DNA of 64,000 nucleotides from positions 32,001 through 96,000 of IMG/VR virus record IMGVR_UViG_3300020421_003230; one strand, given 5' to 3'. The notes beneath the pieces were generated by a model. It worked only from the letters and a program-made list of their open reading frames with translations. It had not been told where the DNA came from and ran no database searches. Within the stretch, counting starts at the first letter, position 1, and the number at the start of each line of letters is the position of its first letter. This document shows, piece by piece, positions 47,827-57,833 of the stretch. The DNA is from a virus. The position numbers were made by a program, and so were the translations under genes.

Positions 47827-49247
47827 AACATAAGTTAGGTGTATGTGTTCCATATAGAGATATTGGAGATGGAGTTCGTAAAGGTCATTTGGATAGATTG
47901 GTTCCACATTTAGAAAAGTTTCTTGGTGAACAAAATATAGAGTTTAGAGTTTATATAGGCCATCAAGTAGATGATAAATTATTTAATCGAAGTGGAACAA
48001 AGAATGCGGCATTTCTTGCTGCCATCGAAGATGGTTGTGATTATGTTGCAATGCATGATGTTGATATGTTACCTGAAGATGATAAGTGTGATTATAGTTA
48101 TCCAACAGATTATCCAAGACATATTGCTTGTTATCTATCACAATGGGATTATAACTTAAGAGATGTAGAATACTTTGGTGGTGTAATACTTTTTACTAAA
48201 GAACAATTTCTTGATGTGAATGGATACAATCCTGATTATTGGGAATGGGGTATGGAAGATGATGACTTATTTTGGAGATGTGTTAAAAAGGGTTATACAC
48301 CAAAAACTTTTATAGATGGGCCAGGTAAAACAAAAGCATTATATTTTAACGGAGTAGATGACCATATTATTGTACCACCAAGTAGAACTTTAAGAAATAT
48401 CAATAGTAGGTCATTTCAGATTGATATAACTCTAAGAGGTGAGTTACCAGATAGGTTTCAAGAATATTTAATTGGTAATTTAAATAGTAGAAAATATATT
48501 GATTTTCCAATTATAAATCGTAAGGGTTGGGATTTTAATATTGGATATAATAATAGTAGAGCATTTTCCACTACGATGTGGACATGGAGAAATGAATTAA
48601 TTTATACATGGGCAAAACGATATCCTAATAAATGGACTAAACTAACTTTAAAAGTTGATGATAGAAATAAAGAAGTTAGGTTTTTAATCAATGATAAAGA
48701 AACTGATGCAAGACATGGTACAGGTGCTGAATCACCTTTTGTATATAAAGATGGATTGAAGAGATATGGTGGAGTACCATTTACTATTGGAAAGGCACAT
48801 TCAAGTGGACAAGTGGATTCTAAATATAAACATTTTCAAGGATACATACAAGAAATAAAAATTATAGATATGAGAGATAACTTAGTACTACATTATGATA
48901 TGAGTAAATCAATTGATGGTATTCAAGTAAAAGATTTAAGTGGTAATGAAAATCATGGTGAGTTACATGGTGGTGAATTAAGAGATGTAGAGATTGATAA
49001 GTTTTATGATACTGATGTACCACATAGGAGTTTTGGTAGAATGAATTGTATGTATCATGATGATGTTGGTATAGTAAATGATAAGTTTACTTTAGATACT
49101 ACACAAAAAAATGAAGAGTTATATAGGTTACAAATGCAAAAAGATAAAATTAATATAGATGAGGTTGGAGTTAAACAACAAAAATACAAAATAATTAGTA
49201 AAGAAGATATTTATGATAGACACCAAATTATAAATGTGAGGTTTTAA
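47823..49247 (+). CDS. GT7 galactosyltransferase-like protein with inserted LamG domain
   Basis: HKLGVCVPYRD, FNRS, DYVAMHDVDMLP, NGYNPDYWEWGMEDDD, LamG (LYFNGVDDHI..FQGYIQEIKI..DLSGNENHG), GRMNCMYH. Confidence 0.9.
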   Translation: MKHKLGVCVPYRDIGDGVRKGHLDRLVPHLEKFLGEQNIEFRVYIGHQVDDKLFNRSGTKNAAFLAAIEDGCDYVAMHDVDMLPEDDKCDYSYPTDYPRHIACYLSQWDYNLRDVEYFGGVILFTKEQFLDVNGYNPDYWEWGMEDDDLFWRCVKKGYTPKTFIDGPGKTKALYFNGVDDHIIVPPSRTLRNINSRSFQIDITLRGELPDRFQEYLIGNLNSRKYIDFPIINRKGWDFNIGYNNSRAFSTTMWTWRNELIYTWAKRYPNKWTKLTLKVDDRNKEVRFLINDKETDARHGTGAESPFVYKDGLKRYGGVPFTIGKAHSSGQVDSKYKHFQGYIQEIKIIDMRDNLVLHYDMSKSIDGIQVKDLSGNENHGELHGGELRDVEIDKFYDTDVPHRSFGRMNCMYHDDVGIVNDKFTLDTTQKNEELYRLQMQKDKINIDEVGVKQQKYKIISKEDIYDRHQIINVRF

Positions 49248-50819
49248 TTGGATTATTTAGAAGAGATAAAAAAGGCCAAAGCAAAGGCCAAAGACTTCAA
49301 AGAGAATCAAGGTGGTGATGAATTAATTGGTGATACAAAACTTGATGACCCTACACTTTCATTAGTTAAAGATAAAACTAATAGAGTTAAAGAACTATTA
49401 GATGATGTAGGGCCAGGATTTTGTTTGGCTAAGTGGTATAATGTTTCTATGCATTTAACACATGGTTGGACACATAGTTGTTATCATCCAGAAGCACACA
49501 AGATTCCATTAGAGGAGTTGAAAAAGAATCCGTCGGCTCTACATAATACTGAATATAAGAAAAAGGTAAGAGCTGAAATGATAACAGGTGGTAGACCTAA
49601 AGAGTGTACTTATTGTTGGAAAGTAGAAGATGCACCAGGTAATCATTTATCAGATAGACCACATCGTTCATCGGATGTTTTTAATTATACAGATTTTGAA
49701 AAGGCAGTTTCAGAAAACCCATTAGTAACAAATTTTAATCCAAGATATGTGGAAGTGAATTTTAATCATTCTTGTAACTTAAAGTGTAGTTATTGTTCAC
49801 CACATTTATCTTCTACATGGATGCAGGAAATAGAACAACATGGTGCTTACAATTTAGTTAATGGACTTCATAATGATACAAGTTGGATGTTGGAAGATGA
49901 GAAGTTACCATTAAGAGGTACTATGAATAATCCATACTTAGAAGCCTTTTGGAAATGGTGGCCAGAGTTGTATAAAGATATAAAAATATTTCGTATGACT
50001 GGTGGAGAACCATTGATTGATAGAAATACATTTAAAGTTTTTGATTATGTTATTGAGAATCCAAAACCAAATTTAGAGTTGGCAGTAACTACAAATGCAG
50101 TACCACCAGATAACTTATGGGAATTGATGGTAGAGAAAGTAGCAAAGATGACTAAAGAGGCATCACTTGAACACTTTATGTTATTTGTTAGTTTAGATTC
50201 AGTAGGTGAAAAGGCAGAGTATATTCGTAATGGTTTAGATTATAAAAAACTACAAGAGAATATAGAATATTTTTTTGATAATGTCAAGGAAAGACATAGT
50301 TTAACTTTTATCAATACTTATAATGCACTAAGTGTTACAAGTCATAGAGATTTTTTAAAAATGGTTTTGAAGTTAAGAGAAAAATATTCAGATGAAAGAC
50401 AATTGATTTGGTTTGATATACCTTATATGCATGACCCTAAGTGGCAAAGTTTAAAAAACTTACCACCAAGTTATGATGATGTTATGAGAGAAGATATTAA
50501 GTTTATGGAAGAGCATAGAGAAACAAAGGCAACAAGGTTTAAAGGATTTAAAGATTTTGAAGTGGATAGGTTAGAGAGAAACCTTGAGTGGGGAGAAGTA
50601 AAGTTTGATGGATTAGAACTACAAAGACAACGAGCAAACTTTTACAAATTTTTTAAACAACATGATGAGAGAAGAGGTACGGATTTCTTAAAAGTTTTTC
50701 CTGAGTATCAAGATTTTTGGGAGTTGTGTAAAAAACAAAATGAAGATTGGGAAGAAAAACGAGATAGAAGTATTAGGTTAAATGAACGAAGAGCTAAAAG
50801 GAAAAAAAGAAATGGATAA
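49248..50819 (+). CDS. Radical SAM protein with N-terminal twitch/SPASM-like domain
   Basis: CxxxCxxC (CNLKCSYC), TGGEP, N-terminal FCLAKW..SCYH..PKECTYCW; TTG start uncertain. Confidence 0.9.
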   Translation: MDYLEEIKKAKAKAKDFKENQGGDELIGDTKLDDPTLSLVKDKTNRVKELLDDVGPGFCLAKWYNVSMHLTHGWTHSCYHPEAHKIPLEELKKNPSALHNTEYKKKVRAEMITGGRPKECTYCWKVEDAPGNHLSDRPHRSSDVFNYTDFEKAVSENPLVTNFNPRYVEVNFNHSCNLKCSYCSPHLSSTWMQEIEQHGAYNLVNGLHNDTSWMLEDEKLPLRGTMNNPYLEAFWKWWPELYKDIKIFRMTGGEPLIDRNTFKVFDYVIENPKPNLELAVTTNAVPPDNLWELMVEKVAKMTKEASLEHFMLFVSLDSVGEKAEYIRNGLDYKKLQENIEYFFDNVKERHSLTFINTYNALSVTSHRDFLKMVLKLREKYSDERQLIWFDIPYMHDPKWQSLKNLPPSYDDVMREDIKFMEEHRETKATRFKGFKDFEVDRLERNLEWGEVKFDGLELQRQRANFYKFFKQHDERRGTDFLKVFPEYQDFWELCKKQNEDWEEKRDRSIRLNERRAKRKKRNG

Positions 50820-51627
50820 GTTATATTCATTTGGATGTAGTCATACTGCAGGTACACCACAAGTTGGTGCTTCTGATGAACTTTCTCAAGTTGATTATTG
50901 GAAATCAGTAACATATCCAAGTCATGTTGCTAAAGAATTTGGTTTGGAAAATATTAATTTGGCTGTAAGTGGTACTTCATCTAAAGATGTTTATAGAAGA
51001 TTTTTTAGTACACTTCCAAAAATTACTACTGATGATTTTGTTTTATTTCAACCAACATATCCACAAAGAAGAGAACTACACTTGATGTATGATACCGCAC
51101 CATTTCCAGTTTTAAGAACTGAGTTAGAAGCACATAAAACTGAATGGATATTAGAGTTAATAGATAAGGTTGATATACCAAAAAAATATTATACAAATAT
51201 GAAAGATGCTATTTATTATATGTTGATGAGTGATTGGGTATTTTTAGATAGTTTAGTAAGTTTATACAATGTTATGGAGATTTTAGAAGTAAAAAATATA
51301 AAATATATTGTTTGTGGATATTATCAACGCGATACAATGGTACATATAATTAAAGAAAGAAATAAACTTAAAGATATTTATGCTGGATTGAAAAAGTTAC
51401 AGGATGGTTATAATAAAGAACCATTTAACTATAAAAATCCTATTGATATATTAAATTTAGTAGATGAATTAAATTTAAAAAAAATTCATATTGATAAATG
51501 GCCATTGGATTGGCCTGAAACAAAAATAGAGAAGTATCACATACCAAATGATGGACATTGGAATGAAAGAGGACATAAACATTGGGGTTTAAAATTAATT
51601 GAATTGATAAAGGAAATATATTACTAA
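50812..51627 (+). CDS. SGNH/GDSL-like hydrolase or acyltransferase
   Basis: 'FGCSHTAG' (GxS block I), 'NLAVSGTS' (block II), 'DGHWNERGH' (DxH block V); start probably ATG 50812. Confidence 0.75.
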   Translation: MDKLYSFGCSHTAGTPQVGASDELSQVDYWKSVTYPSHVAKEFGLENINLAVSGTSSKDVYRRFFSTLPKITTDDFVLFQPTYPQRRELHLMYDTAPFPVLRTELEAHKTEWILELIDKVDIPKKYYTNMKDAIYYMLMSDWVFLDSLVSLYNVMEILEVKNIKYIVCGYYQRDTMVHIIKERNKLKDIYAGLKKLQDGYNKEPFNYKNPIDILNLVDELNLKKIHIDKWPLDWPETKIEKYHIPNDGHWNERGHKHWGLKLIELIKEIYY

Positions 51628-53138
51628 TGCCGTACGGAAGAAAAAATAACGAAACACATAAAGAATATAAGAAAAGAGTTATTGATAGTAAATCTGATTC
51701 ATTTTGTGGTGCTAAGTGGTACAATGCAACAATATGGTTAGGTCATGGTCAAACTGCTAGTTGTCATCATCCACCTGCACATAATATTAATGTAAAAGAA
51801 CTAAAACTAAATCCATCTGCTATTCACAATACACCACACAAGAAGTTGATGAGAAAATATATGCAAGAGGGTAAACGACCAAAAGAATGTGAGTATTGTT
51901 GGAAAGTAGAAGATATAAAAAAAGATAACATAAGTGATAGAGTTTATAAAACCGAAATATATTCGGATGAGGATTTACAAAAAGCATATGATATGCCATG
52001 GGATGCTAATGTTAATTTAAGAACATTAGAAATATCTTTTGATAGAACTTGTCAATTTGCTTGTAGTTATTGTAATCCCGCATTCTCAACAACATGGGTT
52101 AAAGATATAGAAAAAGATGGCCCATATAAAAACATACAATCAGATGGTAGAGGACACTTTATAGATACTGCACCCTGGAGTAAACCATTGGAAGAGGGAA
52201 AGAACCCATATATAGATGCCTTCTTTAAGTGGTGGGAAACCGATTTACATAGAACACTCGAAGAATTACGAATTACTGGTGGAGAACCATTGATGAGTCC
52301 TGGTACTTGGAAGTTGTTTGATTGGTTTGAAGAAAATGCTGATAAATCAAATGTTAGATTTGCAATTAATTCTAATCTTGGTGGTAAACAAATTCTAATT
52401 GATAGGTTGATAGAAAAATCACATAACATTCCTAACTTTCAAGTATTTACATCATGTGAGGCTTTTGGTAAAGATGCAGAGTTTATTAGAGATGGTTTAG
52501 ATTTTGAATATTGGAGAAAAAATATACGAAGATTAATAACTGAGGGAAATCTTCAACAATTAAATATGATGATGACTATAAATGCATTGTGTTTACTTTC
52601 TATGGATACTTTTTTAGATTACCTGTTAGAACTTAAAAAAGAATTTGGCCCACAATATCCTATGTTTACAGTAAACTTATTAAGGTTTCCAAGTTTTCAA
52701 TCACCATTAACTTTACCAAAAGAAATAAAAGAAGAAAGAGCAAATTGTTTTCAAGAGTGGATAGAGAAGAATAAAGATTTGGCTAATAAAGATGGTTGGA
52801 AATATTTACAAGATTTTGAAATAGACCAATTACAAAGATTGATAGATTATTTACGAGGAGTAGATACACCACATATGTTTACTGCAGAAAGACCTAAATT
52901 ATTAAATGATTTTAAAGAATTTTATTTACAATATAGTAAACGAAGAGGATTCGATTTTCATAAAATATTTGGATATAGAAAAGATTTTATTGAGTGGTTT
53001 GATAATATTGAATTATTAACTAATACTGGTATGGGTAAACGAAGTTCAGGTGAAAGTGTTGCAGATTATGATGACCCTAATGTAAAGGAACCAAGAGGTT
53101 GGAACACAACCGTAGATAAGTTGGGTAAAAATCAATGA
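51627..53138 (+). CDS. Radical SAM protein with N-terminal twitch/SPASM-like domain
   Basis: CQFACSYC, TGGEP, FCGAKW..SCHH..PKECEYCW; close paralogue of 49248. Confidence 0.9.
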   Translation: MPYGRKNNETHKEYKKRVIDSKSDSFCGAKWYNATIWLGHGQTASCHHPPAHNINVKELKLNPSAIHNTPHKKLMRKYMQEGKRPKECEYCWKVEDIKKDNISDRVYKTEIYSDEDLQKAYDMPWDANVNLRTLEISFDRTCQFACSYCNPAFSTTWVKDIEKDGPYKNIQSDGRGHFIDTAPWSKPLEEGKNPYIDAFFKWWETDLHRTLEELRITGGEPLMSPGTWKLFDWFEENADKSNVRFAINSNLGGKQILIDRLIEKSHNIPNFQVFTSCEAFGKDAEFIRDGLDFEYWRKNIRRLITEGNLQQLNMMMTINALCLLSMDTFLDYLLELKKEFGPQYPMFTVNLLRFPSFQSPLTLPKEIKEERANCFQEWIEKNKDLANKDGWKYLQDFEIDQLQRLIDYLRGVDTPHMFTAERPKLLNDFKEFYLQYSKRRGFDFHKIFGYRKDFIEWFDNIELLTNTGMGKRSSGESVADYDDPNVKEPRGWNTTVDKLGKNQ

Positions 53139-54502
53139 GTAAGAGAATAAAACCAATATGGAAAAATGGACAACTTGACCCAAAATCACCTAACAAAACT
53201 TTTTGTACGGCACCCTGGACACATACTTATATCTCACCACAAAGTGAAAGAAGAATTTGTTGTGCTAGTAGAGAAGACCACGATTTTCAAGTTCAGTATA
53301 TAGATGCTTCTTGGGATGATGGTGGTGGTAATGAATATAATCCTATACCTTTAAAAGAACATTGGAATAGTGATTATATGAAAGGACTTCGTAAAGATTT
53401 ACTTGAGGGTAAAACACGACCAGAGTGTCAAGTTTGTAACGATGAAGTTTTATCATTATCAACATACAGAGCTTGGTTTACAGGATTTTTATTTAAAGAT
53501 AAAATTGATGAGATATATGAAACTACTCATGATGATGGGTTTACACCACTACCAACAATATCATTTGATTATAGATTTAATAATTCATGTGGATTTAAAT
53601 GTAGAATGTGTGGTGATTTGTTATCATCAAGTTGGGAAGCGGAAAAAAGAAAACATGGACATTGGAGTGAAGAAACTGATAGGTGGATGACACCGAAGTA
53701 TCGTGATAAAATAAAAACTTTCAATGAAGATGTAGTAGAACCAGAGTTTATGGAAGCGGTAGATAAGGGAATCGTAGAAGAAATTTATTGGGTAGGTGGT
53801 GAACCTTTGAATTGGCAATTACATTGGGATACTTTAAAAAAGATGGTAGATGAGGGAACATCTAAAAAGTGTTATCTTAGATATAATTCTAATTTGTATA
53901 GAGTTGAACATAGAGGTGTAAATTTATATGAACAATTACCACACTTTAAAGATTGGATTATGTGTGCTTCAATTGATAGTATCGGTAAGATAGGAGAGTT
54001 CATTCGTACAGGATTAAATTGGGAACAATGGGATAAAAATTTTAGAGAGGGTTGTGAATTAGATAATAGTAAAATGAAAATGGATTTAACTATTACAGGA
54101 CCTGGTATGTTTGGTTTAAAGGATTTGTTCGATTACTCACTTGAATTGGATGTTGATATATTAACAAAGATTATGTTTGCATTTCATCCTGATATAGTTT
54201 TTTCACCATTCTCTTGGCCTAAAGATATTTTACATGAAGTAATAGATGATAATTTAGCATACATTGAACCAAGAGCTACAGAGAAACAAATGAGTTTAGT
54301 TCGTACATTAAAAGAAATGAAAGAAAGACCTACATTTGAAGAACAATTTCCTGATACATATGAAGAGGGATTTAAAAATGGTAGAGCATGGCAACGAGAG
54401 TTAGCTAGAATGAGGTTTGACCATTTAAAGGATAGGTTATCTATAGAAGATATTTTTAAACAACATGATAGATTATATGAATGGTGGATGAGAGATGTCT
54501 AA
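53135..54502 (+). CDS. Radical SAM protein with N-terminal twitch/SPASM-like domain
   Basis: CGFKCRMC, VGGEP, FCTAPW..ICC..PECQVC. Confidence 0.9.
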   Translation: MSKRIKPIWKNGQLDPKSPNKTFCTAPWTHTYISPQSERRICCASREDHDFQVQYIDASWDDGGGNEYNPIPLKEHWNSDYMKGLRKDLLEGKTRPECQVCNDEVLSLSTYRAWFTGFLFKDKIDEIYETTHDDGFTPLPTISFDYRFNNSCGFKCRMCGDLLSSSWEAEKRKHGHWSEETDRWMTPKYRDKIKTFNEDVVEPEFMEAVDKGIVEEIYWVGGEPLNWQLHWDTLKKMVDEGTSKKCYLRYNSNLYRVEHRGVNLYEQLPHFKDWIMCASIDSIGKIGEFIRTGLNWEQWDKNFREGCELDNSKMKMDLTITGPGMFGLKDLFDYSLELDVDILTKIMFAFHPDIVFSPFSWPKDILHEVIDDNLAYIEPRATEKQMSLVRTLKEMKERPTFEEQFPDTYEEGFKNGRAWQRELARMRFDHLKDRLSIEDIFKQHDRLYEWWMRDV

Positions 54503-55715
54503 AACTTTTTGTTCATTGCCATGGATACATTTAGCAACACATCCACATGGTGGAGTTACTTTGTGTTGTATTGCAGACCATACTAATAGTGAAAGTAGAG
54601 CAAAAAACTTTGATAAAAATGGAAATCCAATTTGGTTAACATTGGGTAAAGATAGTATTGATGATATCATGAATTCAGATTACTATAAACAAACAAGATT
54701 ACAAATGTTAAATGATGAAATACCTAAGGCGTGTGAAAGATGTTTTATTGAAGAAAAAAATGGTATTCGTTCTAAACGATTAGAAGAAAATGAAAATTAT
54801 AAAGACTTCACAATAGAGAATGCGAAATCGATAACAGATGGTAGTGGTAAGATAAATGTTCCGATGAAGTTTGTAGAGTTACGATTAGGTAACTTGTGTA
54901 ATGTAAAGTGTCGTTCTTGTAATCCCGCCTCAAGTACAAAATGGGTAAAGGAATATAAAGAGTTAGAAAAGAATTTTGATTTCGTTACGAGTTATCGCTG
55001 GGTTGATGATTTTTCTTGGATTGAAAATGATAAGTTTTGGGATGATTTATTTGATAATTCTGATGAACTTGAAATGATTTATATTAATGGTGGTGAACCT
55101 ACATTAGTTAAAAAACATTGGGAGTATTTAGATAAGTTGGTTGAAAAAGATATGGCTAAAAATATTAGTTTGTGGTATTCTATTAATATGACAAACTTAC
55201 CACCAAAAACTTTTGATGTTTGGAAAAAATTTAAAAATGTTAGAGTTAGTTGTTCAATAGATGATATAGATAAAAGAAATTTATATTTACGATATCCAAC
55301 ACAATGGAAATCAGTTTTAAAAAATTTAGATTTATTATTAGATGAAAAGTATTTAGATGTTTCAGTTTGTCAAACTATTTCATTCCTAAATGTATTTTAT
55401 ATGGATAAATTTTATGATTACTTTCATAACCATAAAAAACTTCATGTACATCAAAACATGGTGTACGACCCACAATTTTTATCACCGTGGATTTTACCAA
55501 TTGAAATTAAACAAGATATCATAGATAGGTGTGAGAAAGTTATGAATAAATCAGATTTTGATATTTTTAAATCATATATGATGAATAATAAATCAGATGA
55601 AAAATTATTACAACAAGGTATTGAATATAATGAATATCTTGATGGGACAAGAAATGAAAATATGAAAGAAACCTTTAAAGAGTTATTTGATGCATTGGCC
55701 AACGATAAAAATTAA
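54495..55715 (+). CDS. Radical SAM protein with N-terminal twitch/SPASM-like domain
   Basis: CNVKCRSC, NGGEP, FCSLPW..LCC..PKACERC. Confidence 0.9.
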   Translation: MSKTFCSLPWIHLATHPHGGVTLCCIADHTNSESRAKNFDKNGNPIWLTLGKDSIDDIMNSDYYKQTRLQMLNDEIPKACERCFIEEKNGIRSKRLEENENYKDFTIENAKSITDGSGKINVPMKFVELRLGNLCNVKCRSCNPASSTKWVKEYKELEKNFDFVTSYRWVDDFSWIENDKFWDDLFDNSDELEMIYINGGEPTLVKKHWEYLDKLVEKDMAKNISLWYSINMTNLPPKTFDVWKKFKNVRVSCSIDDIDKRNLYLRYPTQWKSVLKNLDLLLDEKYLDVSVCQTISFLNVFYMDKFYDYFHNHKKLHVHQNMVYDPQFLSPWILPIEIKQDIIDRCEKVMNKSDFDIFKSYMMNNKSDEKLLQQGIEYNEYLDGTRNENMKETFKELFDALANDKN

Positions 55716-56643
55716 GTTAGATACCACTAACACTAAAAGGTCGAGATTTTGGTATGGTTGGTTTGATAGAAATTATTTTCAAGTAACAGAGAACGATTTT
55801 GATTTTGAGGTTGTTGTGCCTGATTATGATTATCCAGAGAAGTGGAGTTATGATAGAAAAAATATTATAATTGATTTAACATGGGAAGGCCAGGATAAAA
55901 AACAATATCCTGCAACCAACGGACATCTTAATTTGTACGATTATGTAAATGATGATACTCTTATATTGAATGGTAACGAACAAGAAGATATTTGGGCTAA
56001 TACTACATATAGTTTTGTTAATATGTTTAAATCAAATACACCATCACCTAAAAAAGAAAAGTTTGGTATTTGTTTAAATAGAAGAGATAAAACTCATAGA
56101 ACAAAAGTTATAGAGTTTTTAAAAGAAAAAAATTATATAGATGATTTTATTTGGAGTTATAAAGCTAATGAAGATGAATATAGTGAGGATAGTGTTTTGG
56201 TAGATGGAGTTATAGATGGATTAAAACAACACCAACCAACGGATTTGTTTGGTAAAACATATTTCAATATAGTTACTGAATCTTTATTTGAGGAACCTGG
56301 TTTACCAATATTTTTAACAGAGAAAACATTTAAGGCTTTGTATAATAAGAACTTGTTTGTTATTTGTGGTGGTTATGGTTGTGTTGATTCATTAAGATTA
56401 AAAGGATTTGATGTGTTTGATGATATTATAAACCATGATTATGATTTGATAGAAGATTATAATGAGAGATTACAAAAATGTTTAGAATCAATAGAGAAAG
56501 TTATGAACCATAAAAGTGAAATAGAAAGTTTGTATTTATATGGTAATATAGAAGAAAGATTAGAATATAATAAAAAATTAGTTTTGAAAACACCATCAAG
56601 ACATGTAAAAGAGGTTTACGAAAAGTTATGCCAGTTAAAATAA
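55690..56643 (+). CDS. 'TEK'-motif putative glycosyltransferase (GT10-like C-terminus), paralogue 1
   Basis: 'ICLNRR..HR', 'YFNIVTES..FLTEKTFK..GFDVFDDIINHDYD'; the TEK motif recalls the GT10 YxTEK motif. Confidence 0.55.
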   Translation: MHWPTIKIKLDTTNTKRSRFWYGWFDRNYFQVTENDFDFEVVVPDYDYPEKWSYDRKNIIIDLTWEGQDKKQYPATNGHLNLYDYVNDDTLILNGNEQEDIWANTTYSFVNMFKSNTPSPKKEKFGICLNRRDKTHRTKVIEFLKEKNYIDDFIWSYKANEDEYSEDSVLVDGVIDGLKQHQPTDLFGKTYFNIVTESLFEEPGLPIFLTEKTFKALYNKNLFVICGGYGCVDSLRLKGFDVFDDIINHDYDLIEDYNERLQKCLESIEKVMNHKSEIESLYLYGNIEERLEYNKKLVLKTPSRHVKEVYEKLCQLK

Positions 56644-57833
56644 TATCTAAGAGTAAAGGACATTTTCAAACTCTAACCAATAAGATACAACCTGAGGCTT
56701 ATAGTGGGACGGCATTTATTAATGCATTAAAGTTTAGTGATGTACAAGTAGAATATGTAACTGAAGATGAATTACATCACGATAGAAGTTATATTTTTTT
56801 GATAGAACCACAATGGACTGAAGAAGAACAGAGGACTGGTTACGAAAATATATTTAAAGGTGCAATCAGAGAAATCCCACAATCAATTAAACAAAAGATT
56901 AAAGAGTATAATATAAAAGTTATTATCAGTACAATCAACGAGCCTTGGGGATTAGAACCAGCAAATGTTGTTTCACCAAATTTAAAGGATTGTATTAGAG
57001 AGGGTGTATCACAGAGTAAATGTTTAATTTTAGTTGGTAATCATAAAGTTAATGATATAGAATCAAAGGGTATAAAGAAGATAGTAAAAGTAATTAATTA
57101 TTGGCCATTTCATTACTATAGTCCTGATTGGTTAAATGAGTTAAATACAAAAAAAATTAATTTAAAAAAACATTTTGTTTGTTTAAATAGAACTATAAAA
57201 ACACACAGAACTGCATTACTTTTTCATTTATATAATCATCAATTATTAGATAATGGATATGTAAGTTTTTATTCTGAAGTAAATGGTTTAGATTATTTTA
57301 AACACAAGAATAATTTTGAACCAACATACAATTATCCTACAAAAAACCTTAAACAAATTGATAAACTTTTACCATTACGAATTGAAGAAGAAGTTATAAA
57401 TCCAAATGAGGATAATCCAACATACTTTGGTGCTGTAAAAAGAATAGAAAAAGTTTTTAGAAGTAGTTTTATGAATGTAGTTACAGAAACATGGACAAGT
57501 AATGATTTGTTATTTCTTTCAGAAAAAATATATAAACCAATATTTTTAAAACAACCATTTCTTGTAGTTGGTAATCCATATACAATAAAATATTTAAGAG
57601 ATAATGGGTTTGATGTATTTGATGACATCTTTGACCATTCATATGATGAAGAACTTAATGAGAACAAAAGATTGGAAATGGTAGTGGGTGAAATAAAAAA
57701 GATTTGTGATAAACCACTTGAACATTTAGATGAATTATTAATTAGTATTGGTGGTAGATTGGAAAAAAATAGAAAACACTTTTTTAGTGTGTATATGAAT
57801 AAACAAAAAAACCTATTAAGGAGTTTGATATGA
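56628..57833 (+). CDS. 'TEK'-motif putative glycosyltransferase, paralogue 2
   Basis: 'FVCLNR..HR', 'FMNVVTET..FLSEKIYKPI..PFLVVG..GFDVFDDIFDHSYD'. Confidence 0.55.
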   Translation: MPVKIISKSKGHFQTLTNKIQPEAYSGTAFINALKFSDVQVEYVTEDELHHDRSYIFLIEPQWTEEEQRTGYENIFKGAIREIPQSIKQKIKEYNIKVIISTINEPWGLEPANVVSPNLKDCIREGVSQSKCLILVGNHKVNDIESKGIKKIVKVINYWPFHYYSPDWLNELNTKKINLKKHFVCLNRTIKTHRTALLFHLYNHQLLDNGYVSFYSEVNGLDYFKHKNNFEPTYNYPTKNLKQIDKLLPLRIEEEVINPNEDNPTYFGAVKRIEKVFRSSFMNVVTETWTSNDLLFLSEKIYKPIFLKQPFLVVGNPYTIKYLRDNGFDVFDDIFDHSYDEELNENKRLEMVVGEIKKICDKPLEHLDELLISIGGRLEKNRKHFFSVYMNKQKNLLRSLI

